From Magallana gigas (lineage: Eukaryota): a stretch of DNA of 64,000 nt. The stretch's first letter is position 1; each line of letters opens with the position of its first letter. Location of the stretch: positions 8,866,001 to 8,930,000 of the forward strand of contig NC_088857.1 of the NCBI RefSeq assembly GCF_963853765.1. Direction: 5' to 3'. Below, one piece after another: positions 14,701 to 26,293 of the stretch. The position numbers were made by a program, and so were the translations under genes. Below the pieces are notes generated by a model. The model was given only the letters and a program-made list of their open reading frames with translations. It did not search any database and was not told the origin of the DNA.

Positions 14701-15076
14701 CACCATGATGTAGCTGGAATCTGTCCCGTGTCCAAAAACAGGGTACCCGCTGAAATACCTATAAAACAGAAAGCATCGTAAGAAGTAATTCAAGGAAAAC
14801 AGGAAAAACAAAAAAGTCTGCAAAAATCTCAAAGATCTACAGCATAAAGAAAACTTTTATAACTCCTTTTTAGCGTATTTTAAATTGAGTTTTACATTTA
14901 GGTAGCACAGCTTAATTATAAAGTTTGATACTACGATACTCGTATAATCAAATATTTTGTACCATCCAATGAAATCTCCATTTTGAATCTGCAGTGTTGG
15001 ATTTGATGCTTTGGTTAAAGTTGTTCCTGAAATAAATTTTGAAAACGAAATTCGTCATACAATCATTACGATACTA

Positions 15077-15159
<83 letters not shown>

Positions 15160-17635
15160 TTTAAGTCATCGTATTGGTTTTATAAAGTTAACGTATATTA
15201 ACTTTGAACCGCTAGGTTTTATAGAAAAGAAGTTGAGACATTTATCATGGAGTGAAATTTGAGTAACTGTTATCTATTCATAAATATACTTTTCTCTTTG
15301 TACAAGACAATAATTCACTTCATTTATAATTGCTTAATTATTTTATTAACTCTTACACCTCACCTTTGATTTAATTGACTCACTCATATTGAAGTTTTAC
15401 TCTATGACATATGTCACTCGTGCTTAAGTGCTAATTTCTATTGTTTTCAATTCTTATTTATATTGTGTTATACACCATTGTTGGGAGAGAAGAATTAGGT
15501 TTCGGATTGTTCGGGTGTAGTTTTTGGATTCCCAGAAATCACCCATACCGACCTAAAGTTCAAATAAAGTGCGTTTTACCATCTAAAGCATTTTAGTTTT
15601 ATTGTCGCCGGATATATAGAAACACCTTAATTTCCCCGGTGATAGTTTGGTGGAGATATCCTAAGGGTATTTTACCCGGGGCTGCTACATATACTTTGTA
15701 GCAGTTAGATCCTGCGTACCAGCAACCGAGCGAGTTTCCAAGAGTATCAACAAACGACGATAATACAACCCAAGAGCAGAAGATTCGACCGCCTTTTACG
15801 ACCATATACCAACGTCGCTGCTTTTCGAGTTTTGGACATCCCAGGACTTTCACGGACATACTATACGCCTGGATCCCATCCAGCATGTAACAAGAGATGG
15901 ATGACGTCATCCTGTGAACACTTGTTCTCGTTCTGTGTGTTTCGTGTGTGGATTTCTTTGCCATTATGCTAATATGTTCTTTTAAGCGACCGATTTATTG
16001 CATTCGAATCCTAGGAAAATTTTCCTGGTGTGGCGACCGACGACAAAGGTTCGTTTTAAATATGGTTCAGCCCAGAATGCCGTGTTGCAGTTGTGGATCT
16101 CCGCAATGTAGAACACATTTTGCATATTCCGGCCAAGACCTAAGCAAACGACGCTGAGCTACAGACCCCACATTCCCTACAAGTCATTCCGATGATCTTC
16201 TAGACAAGGACGTCTCATTTTTCGAAGCGCGAGGGAATTATCATGGAGTGAAATTTGAGTAACTGTTATCTATTCATAAATATACTTTTCTCTTTGTACA
16301 AGACAATAATTCACTTCATTTATAATTGCTTAATTATTTTATTAACTCTTACACCTCACCTTTGATTTAATTGACTCACTCATATTGAAGTTTTACTCTA
16401 TGACATATGTCACTCGTGCTTAAGTGCTAATTTCTATTGTTTTCAATTCTTATTTATATTGTGTTATACACCATTGTTGGGAGAGAAGAATTAGGTTTCG
16501 GATTGTTCGGGTGTAGTTTTTGGATTCCCAGAAATCACCCATACCGACCTAAAGTTCAAATAAAGTGCGTTTTACCATCTAAAGCATTTTAGTTTTATTG
16601 TCGCCGGATATATAGAAACACCTTAATTTCCCCGGTGATACATTACCCACGTCCTCCGTTCTGACGTGATGTTCGCTGACCCCCGTTACAAGGAAGGTAT
16701 CGTCCGGTAATCGATGGAAGACGACGAACTTGATATCACCTGTCGTCTTGGGGCGGAAGGTCCAGCTACTGATGTGACCACAGCAAGACGATGTGAACTG
16801 TTCCGCCTCAATCATCCACAACGTGCCTGAAAAAGAACGCAAACTGTTATTAATAAAGTGTGTGGGGTCCATTGTATGATGTGCCGTTTTGCAAACGTTC
16901 GTGTGCGTATGGGTGGTTTTTTTTTATTTATTTAATTTCATTAATTAGGAATGATAAAGATATACTTAAAGTACTACGAACAAATAGCTGTATTTAATTA
17001 ATTCATTTTAAATTCATTTTTTAATTTTTCCGTTTATTTTTTTTTTTCCAATTTCATTTTTTTTCTTCTCAATGGACACTTACCTAGATGAGTGGAGCTG
17101 GATGAGAAATCAGAGGAGCTGTAGGAGCCGGGACTGACCCCCAGGGTGGTGGTGCCGCATCGTGGGTACGCTGTTATATAAACAGATCACATCATTGGTC
17201 TTATACACATGTACAGGTATGGTTGAAATATACGTCTTAGTTAAGATATCCATAGGCTATATTTATTCACAGTAGTTTGTCATTTATCTTGAATATTATC
17301 GATAATTCATGTTGATAACAAATTAATCTAGTTCATTCAATTAAATTATGACTAAAAATGACTTGTATCATCGTTGGAAATACCATTAAGTCTTGAATAA
17401 ATGAGAATGCCCTCCACTGAAATACTTATCTTATTATTAATTAGGCAGCATACACGTATTTAAACTATTCCTAAATCATAGCAAGTTAAAAACATGTATC
17501 ATTCCATTTCAAACAAATAATGAAAAAGAATTGTTGTTCATTATATATTTATGACATACCTCCTAAATCCTCTAAAGCTTGGGCGTAAGAAATAACGGGG
17601 ATAATGAAAAAAGCCCAGAGATGACCGGAATTCAT
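8797..17635 (-). CDS. Single-pass cadherin-like protein: signal peptide, unassigned Cys-containing N-terminal domain, ~6 cadherin-like repeats, Thr-rich stalk, TM helix, short Pro-rich tail (17 exons, ~954 aa)
   Basis: Minus-strand exons 17635-17560, 17170-17084, 16826-16647, 15026-14963, 14758-14583, 14473-14297, 13707-13589, 13411-13231, 12980-12822, 12680-12543, 12396-12274, 12120-11941, 11662-11463, 11203-10892, 10129-9687, 9335-9211, 8921-8797 join in one frame with matching phases. Signal peptide [20 protein letters not shown]. Cadherin motifs [74 protein letters not shown]. The last two exons are less certain. Confidence 0.82.
10596..10756. mobile_element. Near-perfect 161-bp palindrome (foldback MITE) in a cadherin intron
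   Basis: TAAGTAATAAACAACGATTATTTAGTGAACATGGCGTTATGAATAGCAA...ATGATGCGC mirrors GCGCATCAT...TTGCTATTCATAACGCCATGTTCACTAAATAACGTTGTTTATTTCTTA. Confidence 0.7.
11255..11297. repeat. (CAT)n microsatellite
   Basis: About 14 imperfect CAT units. Confidence 0.9.
15082..15154. repeat. (GA)n microsatellite
   Basis: Uninterrupted AG/GA run of about 73 nt. Confidence 0.95.
15243..16640 (+). mobile_element. Non-autonomous LTR retrotransposon (TRIM-like): two 402-bp LTRs, 594-bp internal region, tRNA-Ala PBS, PPT, 4-bp TSD
   Basis: Direct repeats 15243-15644 and 16239-16640 look identical by eye and have termini TATCA...TGATA. CATT flanks both ends (15239-42, 16641-44). TGGTGGAGAT lies 3 nt after the 5' LTR (15648-57) and is complementary to a tRNA-Ala 3' end. 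Purine-rich GAAGCGCGAGGGAA precedes the 3' LTR. AATAAA lies in the 3' part of each LTR. Confidence 0.9.
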
Positions 17636-19139
17636 CGTAATTTCTTCAACACTATAAACTTCAACACTTCAAAAATTGCTATTTGTTAAAGTGATATAAC
17701 TATTGTTTTAATAAGTTAAAACCCAAAGGAAAAACCATTCCGCTTAATTAACTTTAGACAATATATCTGTCGATCTAGATTAACAGAGATTTAAACACCT
17801 GTCATTTCCTCTACATCAATTTTGTTTGACTTACACAAAGCCCATGCCAAAATTGTAATATGAAATCCTTTTCAATTTTATTCTCTAAATACAATAGAAA
17901 TGGGACGATTTCCAAAATGTTTAGCTAGATCGATACAAATGAACTGATTTAAAGACAGTTCGATTTTTGTTTTGATTTCTTTATTATGATTTATGGCATA
18001 TGACTGACTTCATTATCTGATCATATCGGAAGACATAAATATCCATAAGTATAAACTATACACGTACGTGTACATGTGTGTATTATTCATTACATTGTCA
18101 ACGTGTAGTATCACATCACAATTCTTCGAGTTAAAAACAACACATGCTTGCATGGGTTGTCGCATAAATTTCAATATATGCTTCAAAGCAAGAGCTCTTG
18201 AATTTACATACATTGAAAATATATATCGAAAGTGCGATCATTTTGAAAACTTTCAATTAAATTTATTTTACAAAATGTAAATCAAAACATTTTTGTGTAA
18301 GTGGACAAGTTTTTAAAAAAATGATATTTTTTGTTATATGAAAAACTATAATAAGTAACTTGTAATTCAAAAACTGAAGTATATGTCCCTTTTGTTCTGG
18401 GAGTGATCTAAACGTTACCATGTCATGCATGGAAAAATGAGAAAATCATGCTTCTTTTGTAAAGATATAGGATATGATGGTTTTAAAATTATGTCTTTGT
18501 TGCTCCACCGGGTAAAATTATAGATAAGATATTTTGAATTTTTCGAAAACATCAACCAAAAATGCCGGGTCTATTCTTTAAAGCTTTAAACTGCTTGGTT
18601 TAAAAAAAAAAAAAAAATAAGGTGACGTCCCTCCGGCATTGTTATTCTATTCAAAATCTACCCCCCCCCCCAAAAAAAAAATGAAAATGAAGAGTTACCA
18701 TTGAATATTGTATTCTAAAAATCCATCTACTAAGTAGATTTCACCCATTTCAAACTTATTCTATCTATCTATATAACAGTTCTAGATACTAAGTATATTG
18801 TAAAATATGATACGCAAAGCGATTCGTTTGATATAATAAATTACTATATGGAAAATGCATGTAGGCCTAGTCTACATTGAAATTTATTTAGCAGACTAGC
18901 TCTGCCATTTTCTTGAATCAGTCGTACCTTGAACAATTTCTATTGGTGTAACACTTTTAATTAGCGAGTTAATCCATAATCCTGTTTGAGTTACTGACAA
19001 TCGAATAAGTTGACGATCGACTTACTAATCTCCGTCGTAGTATTAAAGGGAAGTAATCCATGACTATGGTTTGAAACGAAACGTAAATTTGTTTTTTGTA
19101 ACCTTAATTCAATTTTATTGACAAGAAGGCTGGACCAAG

Positions 19140-22100
19140 ATGCCAGCAAAACAGAGGAGAGTGGCTCTCATGGGCTTTAGATCGGTTGGTAAGTGGTGAA
19201 ACCATTTTTTTTTTACATTGACGAGGTTCTATTTTCAGGCATGGTTGCTTGAATGTTTGTAAACAATCTCACATTGTTATTATTGTGTAATTTAGTCAAT
19301 AACAGGGTTACCTTCGGGATTTACAGCTTTACTTTGATTTCGTAAAAATAAATTCTACAAGATTTTATAGTTTTCTTGAATATTCTTTTTAAATACTACA
19401 TGTAGTCTTTAGATTCTCCTAAAAATAGACAAGTTATATAACAGCTTTATAATATGCATTATTGTTAACTTGTCTTCACATACACGCTTACTATAAATGG
19501 TATATTGGTCTTTTATACAAATTACATGTACCTTTGTATTGTGTGATTGTCAATCTTATTCTCCAATTGGTTCCACTTAGTGAATTCATTCACCAGAATA
19601 TTTCAAGCGCTGTAAGTTGCTGTTTCTTCAACCAGATGCTTCATGTAGGTGGTGAAATTAGTCTAGAGAGCTGCTTCACCAGTTTAATGTGCAAGTTTCG
19701 AACTGATTAATCTTATAGTCTGTCCCAAGATATTTTTGCCGCATATTTCCTTAAATTATTCAATATTTATAAAATACCTCTTGGTTCAGACGATGTTCAT
19801 TCAATAGTATGAAAAAATCCCAAGATTTCCCCTTTGAAACGCCCCCTCTAGCTTGTCGGGTATCAGTACACGGCTAAAAATAAAAAGTCTACGAGGTTTT
19901 TCCATTGCCAAGGAGATGAAGACGCCCGGATGATAACGTTGAAAAATTGCGCGAGGTGTCCCGAGTATTTCCGAATGAAGAAAAGATGTCAACATTCCCC
20001 ATTATAAATCTCCTTAGGAAATCTGTTTTCGTTCCTGTGAATTTTTACGAGGGAAAAATGATAATGTGTGAATGAAGTTATCTTGGGAATTTTCCCTTTC
20101 ATTGATTTTAATTGCACTTCAGTCACAGGTATGTGTATTTTTATTAAAAACCATTCAAATATGCAGCATAAATATCTTGGGACAGACTATAGTTATTTTC
20201 ACACAAATTTTTTTGGAAAAAAAAATACCAATTAATTCTTAAGTCAATTTACTACTGATATCGATACTTTACTTGCCTCAAACTTTCTCTTGAACACGCT
20301 AACTGATTTCGGAAGTTGAAGTATGTTAAATTCATGTTGAGGTCGAGAGTCACCATTTTTACATGTAAACAAACTGCACCACTTCATTTTATGGGGCAAG
20401 TGATGGTGTTTTAAAGAATATCAGAGGCAAGTTAAGTTTTCATATCTGTTGTAAAATGTCAGAGGAATTTTGGGAATTAGATACTTGTATAGAATGTGTG
20501 CAAAAATAACGTTTATTAGTCCAAAACTAGCAAAAAAATTTGTGCATCATATAAAATTGCAAATTTTTACTATGGGGGCACTGTAGCTCCCAGGTTGTTA
20601 TTGGAAATTTTTCAGACTGGGAGCTACAGACCTGCAGCTACTTTAATGCATAGTAATGTTATTTATTACTTTTTTATTTACAGGAAAATCTTCTGTAACA
20701 ATTCAGTTTGTGGAGAATCATTTTGTTGACTCCTATGATCCTACAATTGAAAATAGTATGTATGAAATTCAAGAACAAATTCAATTGGAAGTTTTACTTT
20801 GTATTGATTCTGATATTATATTTTGCCCTCAAAAGACATTTCTAATGCATCATATGAAAACATGACATTGTATTAAATACCAAAGGGAAATTTTCAAAGT
20901 TTGGCTCATTGGCTCTATCATTAACAAATTAAATTTCTTCTTAAAAGTTTTTTCATTGCTTTTATTTCTTTTGCTGAACATTGTTGGTAATGATGCTATC
21001 GCATTTCTTTTCTAAAAAAAAAACCACATTTTTTCATAAAGCTTTCCAGAAGACCCTAAAAATCCGAGGACAGGAATATTCTCTACAAGTGATTGACACA
21101 GCTGGCCAGGTACTTAATTGATAGTATAATAGTATTCAAAATCACAGAAAACATAATACATCACTGTAAAATCAAATATTATAATTAGAATTTTTTTTAT
21201 GAAAATGACTCTGAAGTAGGCATCAAATCAATACTATTGCCATGCATAGTCCTTCTGAAACATATATTCGTTCATAGTTCTTTGTATGTTTCAGAAGTTG
21301 GAGAAATGATATCTTTTAAAAGTGAAGTTCATTTAATTTTATAATTTTGCATAAGATTTATTTCTTAGCTAAGTATTTTGATAAACAGTTTTGTATATTT
21401 ATATATTTAAAGTGCAATCGATAAGCAGTGTAAAGATGGATTATTTTATGAAATATTATTGGTTTTGTAGGATGAATATTCCATTTTGCCCCAGTCTTAT
21501 TTTGTGAATATAGATGGATATGTGTTAGTGTATTCTGTGAATTCAAGAAAAAGGTAAGGTTTCAAGGTTTGAGATGAAATGTCAAACATTTATTTTACCT
21601 TTCCATTATACAACTTTACAAACTTTGTTCACTTATTCGTCAGTTACCCAACATATTTTAGGTGGAGAAAAACTCATTTGTAGATCAGAAGTTTGTACAG
21701 ATATTTGCGTAGTATTAATTCTACCCATGTATTGTTTTACACGAGCCATGTTTCTAAATCTTTCTAATTCAAATTTCAGCTTTGAAGTCGTCAAATTTGT
21801 TTATGACAAACTTCTGGACATGAAAGGAACTATCAAGTATGTTTTATTTACAATATATCTACATTCTCTATGCATGTATATTGTACAGTGTATACATATC
21901 TATACTATTATGTTCTACATAATTGGATTATTATGATGACCATTTACAAGTAGAATATCATTTTTTTAAATACATTGTTGATAGTGGAAAGTAATATATT
22001 AATTACATGCGTCCTCCCAAATAATTAGCAATGACTGTGTTTTAAGGAAGAAGTATTACTCCATTTTTGATAATGATAATAAAAAAACCTAGTATACATG

Positions 22101-23692
22101 TAAATGTGCAGAGAAATGTTCAATACTATATTGAAGTAAAAGCATTTCATTCTCATTGTAGTGGAGTGCCAGTTGTGTTGGTGGGAAACAAATGTGATCT
22201 GGCAACAGAAAGGTATGTTACATTCAGTTAACAAAAACACATGTATGCAAGTATTGGACTATATTTATATCCACAGAGTTTTTTCTCCTCTACAAGGGTT
22301 TATCAAAAAATGCTTCGAGTGATGCTATCAAATCATTAGTAGAAAAGCTACAAGAGTACTTGTACATATGGTGTTCATTACAGTTATATATATTAAATTG
22401 ATCTTTGTTTAATATTACTTTATTTGGTAATTATTGATGATATAACTATCAGTGTCATGTAAACGAAGCATTACCTCAGTTATTATATACAAATACTCTA
22501 TTTACATTTACATGTATGATTAGTAATGAATATCTGGTATATGTTTTTATTGACAAAAGTTCTTAAAGTATGTAAATGTATATGTCTTATACAATTATTA
22601 CTTCAGGTTACAAATTTAAACTTAAAACATGAGTGTGGAAGAGAGGTATCTTACTGTGTTGGCTATTGTATTGATGTGACAGAGACACTTATTGTCTTTG
22701 CTGGGGTTTGAACTCAGATCCTCTGTCATACAAATCCAGCACTCTACCGATTGAGTTAAAGAGTTAACCCCCCCTCCTCCCAGCCAGAGATAGTAGGAAT
22801 GCTTTTATCTTGCTTTAGCACATTGACACTTAAATTCTTGTTTTCGTAGAGAAGTACCATTTGAAGAGGGAAAGAGATTGGCTGACAGCTGGAAGGTGGC
22901 TTTTTTGGAGACCTGTGCGAAGGAGCATCACGTAAGATATTCTTTTACATATTTTGTGCAGGTTTTGTTCTTATAAAGATTTGGTAGAGTATATCAAAGC
23001 ATGCCAAATCTAGAAGGGGGGGGGGGGAGACCATCTTAATCCTTTGGAAAATTCAAATTTTTGGAATTTACATTGCAGAATTTCCAAATATAGGTTTCAA
23101 ACACCTCCCCACTTCATTGTCTTTACTGACAATTGCTTAGCTTAAGATGTATAAAATGTTTGCATTTGTGCAAAAAAAAAGCAAGACAAAAGCTGTTCTA
23201 TTAGGGTATTTTGAAGCTTAACTGTAACTAAATCAACAAGACCATTTTTAAAAGTCTATGTTTTTATTTACATAATATGCACTTTTATTCATGTCAAAGA
23301 TTTTAACTCGTGTAGGTTTAATATGTACAAGTATATGTACACTTACAGATTAGTCTTGGTATTTATAATTTTCTTTCCTAAATAGTTTTATTATAAATGA
23401 TTTCAGTTGAAACCCTGGTTTTTACTAATTTACGCAATTTTTTGTGCGCGGTAAATTGCAGCATTTTACTATGGGAGGCACCGTAGCTCCCAGGTCGTTC
23501 ATTTAAATTTTTTTCAGACCAGGAGCTACAGACCTGCAGCTAGTTTTCCCCCAATTACAAGCAGGAATTTAATTGTTAATACCTTTTAATTTTCTACAGA
23601 GTGTGACAGAAGTTTTCACCCAGATTATCCTGGCCATTGAGAGGGCAGAAGGAAACAATCCAGACCAGAAAAATTCATGTGTGTTATCTTGA
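19140..23692 (+). CDS. RHEB: Rheb GTPase (Ras homolog enriched in brain), 8 exons, 184 aa
   Basis: Exons 19140-19188, 20684-20755, 21042-21109, 21471-21553, 21780-21836, 22162-22212, 22850-22931, 23600-23692, all GT-AG and in phase. Motifs: [20 protein letters not shown] (Rheb-diagnostic Arg in G1), [32 protein letters not shown], and C-terminal CAAX CVLS. Confidence 0.97.
20555..20641. repeat. Hairpin repeat in Rheb intron 1 (copy 1)
   Basis: TGTAGCTCCCAG (20582-93) and CTGGGAGCTACA (20617-28) form a stem, followed by GACCTGCAGCTA. A homologous copy lies at 23453-23543. Confidence 0.7.
22693..22765 (-). pseudogene. Degenerate tRNA-Thr(TGT)-like sequence (tRNA pseudogene or SINE head) in Rheb intron 6
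   Basis: The minus strand reads TAACTCAATCGGTAGAGTG (A-box/D arm), CTGGA-TTTGTAT-GACAG (anticodon arm, TGT) and CTGAG-TTCAAAC-CCCAG (B-box/T arm). The acceptor stem is poorly paired. Confidence 0.6.
23453..23543. repeat. Hairpin repeat in Rheb intron 7 (copy 2)
   Basis: TTTTACTATGGGAGGCACCGTAGCTCCCAGG...CAGACCAGGAGCTACAGACCTGCAGCTAG aligns by eye with 20555-20641. Confidence 0.7.
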
Positions 23693-25962
23693 TGACAATA
23701 TTGCATGATTTACTCCTCTATATTATCAATGTAAATTCAATGTATATGCACTGAAGAATTTATTTGTAATGTATATTAAATTTCTAATGAATGTACAATG
23801 ATGTTGTATTGTTTAATGTGAGAGAGGGTCATCTCAGGTGAAAATGGCTTATTTTATATTTATTTTATCTTTGTTAATGGATTTGAAATTAAGAATGGCA
23901 ACAATACTAGTAAATAATTTACTGGAAAATGCATATTATATTCCTCATGCACAATTGTAATATTACATTTGAGATCAATTTTTATTAGAATATTGATGTA
24001 AATATTGTACAACAAACAACACAAGGTTTTAGAGAAGAATATTAAAACCAATGGGATGTTGATGAATTGTACCTCTGGATCTTGTTTTTGAGCTACATTG
24101 TAAATCATGTTCTGTGAATGTCAGGAGTTTTGTTTTATTTGTTGCAATGTTTCAAAATACGAATGTTTTAACAGTTACTTTACAAATTTAGTCTGTGGGT
24201 TTTCTGTGAAACCGACCGAGTCATCAAATGTTTAATGGATTCTTCATGCAATAAAATGATACACATTTTAGTTCATGCGTCATTTATATGTCCCACTATG
24301 ATATGTCTGTCTTCTGTTTATCTGCATGTTTTGTCACACTCTGCAGTTTAGGCTGTTTCAAAGAAACAGCACAATATATTTTCTTATCAAACTTCAAAGA
24401 AAGAACCATTCAAATTAAGACTAAGACCTAATTTTTTTTACCTCTTTATTTGAGAGGTTGCTAAACAAATTAGCTGAATTAAAAACAACTATAATATACT
24501 TGTATGTACATGTACTTGACATTCTAGTGACCTTTTGTCACATTTCCAAACTCTTTCTTAAAGAAAAGAAAAATAGGTACATAATGTGTTGAGCGAGTAT
24601 GGTACTATGTCTGTAATTGCAGCGTGGTGGTTGCTTAATCAGCATTCACATGTTTTGATTTCAAAATGTCTACTGCGTGCCGCCAGGAGAGGTAACTCGG
24701 TTGTCTGACCTGTTACACGCCTAATAAAGAGGGATTTACATTAGTATAATCTTCTATGATGAGTAAGTTGTCGCTCGTTCCTCCCTTGAAAATTCATTTC
24801 TTGGCCTTGTAAAATATTAATTTATGATCATACGAAACAATATTATAATATCGATATATTTACAAAATATACCCGTAGCTACTAAGTCTCACCCCCCCCC
24901 CCTTTTTTTCAGAACAAAAGGTATTTTAAGATTTTCATGATGAATTTTGAATAAAACCAGTTATATTTGCAACTTTTACAATATTTTTTTCGTAAATAGA
25001 TAATATTAAATTTTATACAATATGTGTACATAGGTTTCATAAAGACTGCTTGTGCTTGATAGTCAGCAAGATGAAAACATCCTATTATAAAATTATAAAA
25101 TATGCTATTATTCCATATTATCCCGTTTTCCTTATTTAATTTCCTGGTTGATGATAACAAACTGTTTTGGTGCCAATGTTGGCTGCAGGTGCGTTGCATC
25201 AAGGGTTGGGGGAGCAGGGAGCCCCTTTACGCGAGCTTGTAAAAAGTGATAGGGAAATTATGAAATAAAGCAATAAAGCATGATCTAAGTTTTAGGTAAT
25301 ATCTCTATTTTTATTTTTATCGTTCGGATACGTCTTCACCCCCCCCCCCCCCCCCGCCCCCGCCTCCTTCCCCAGATAATCGAACATGCTAGAACTGGAT
25401 CACAAAGATCTCCAATGTCCAATTAATTGCATACTACAAATATACCAATTGCAGTTGTAGCGGCCCGAAACTAACCACATACCTAAAAGAAGTATAATGG
25501 ATTTTTTGTGTGTGATTTGAAAGGGGGATCTTAAACATCTCGATCCCTTCATAAAAAAGATGATAGTTAATGCTAATATGATTGCGTAATTGCGTTTTGC
25601 TAACGTTTCACACGCACACTCTGAAATTTTTGTAGATTAAAACGGTCTGAATTGGCGTGAGATAATCGTTTTAATATTTGCCAAAAACAAATTTACACAT
25701 CATTGGAACCTGAAATTGAAATTTAAAGTTCGCAGGAACTTGGTTTTAAGTGTGCTAGACTTTACTTGTGTATGCATTATTATATTAAAAAATGCATTAA
25801 TTGAAAATTTCATAATAAAAGCACCCCACAAAAGGGCAAACTAGGTCCTTTTAATCAATTCAACATTCCAACTATCAATTCAATATTTTTAGTAACTGCC
25901 ACGGTGACAGATATAGAGTTGTATGCAAAGAAAAATTTTCTGGGATTGGTTTGTGGCAAGAT

Positions 25963-25986
25963 GAGAGAGAGAGAGAGAGAGAGAGA
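25963..25986. repeat. (GA)n microsatellite
   Basis: About 12 GA units. Confidence 0.9.
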
Positions 25987-26293
25987 TTATGTCTGTTATT
26001 TTCTTCGTAAATGAGACATGTCTCATGCATTTACTTTTGTGATCAACCATTACATGATATTAAAAATCATAAAATCCATAAAACTTGCATTTTACATTTA
26101 TTGGAGGGCAGTTGATTATTATGCTATTTATACTATTAATGATATTTGTATCCGGGATATCAGCACAAATGTCCAATTTCACCAAAAGTTCTTTTACCAG
26201 TACTGGCATCAAATCACCTCCTTATTTTGAACCTAATAATAAACAAAACATTTAAAGGGTTTTTTTTTTAAATAAGCTGTTATTTGATGTTTT

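Noticed and set aside
15011-15262. 83-aa ORF with an ERERER run
   Set aside because: It is a translation of the (GA)n microsatellite, antisense to a cadherin exon and intron.
15599-16157. ORFs of 121 aa (-) and 69 aa (+) inside the LTR element as possible gag/pol remnants
   Set aside because: I found no CX2CX4HX4C knuckle and no protease, RT or integrase motifs. The [12 protein letters not shown] cluster does not fit the gag spacing.
20555-20641. Firm snoRNA call for the Rheb intronic hairpin
   Set aside because: There is no RUGAUGA/CUGA pair, no ANANNA H box, and the ACA lies within the stem. It is kept only as an unexplained repeat.
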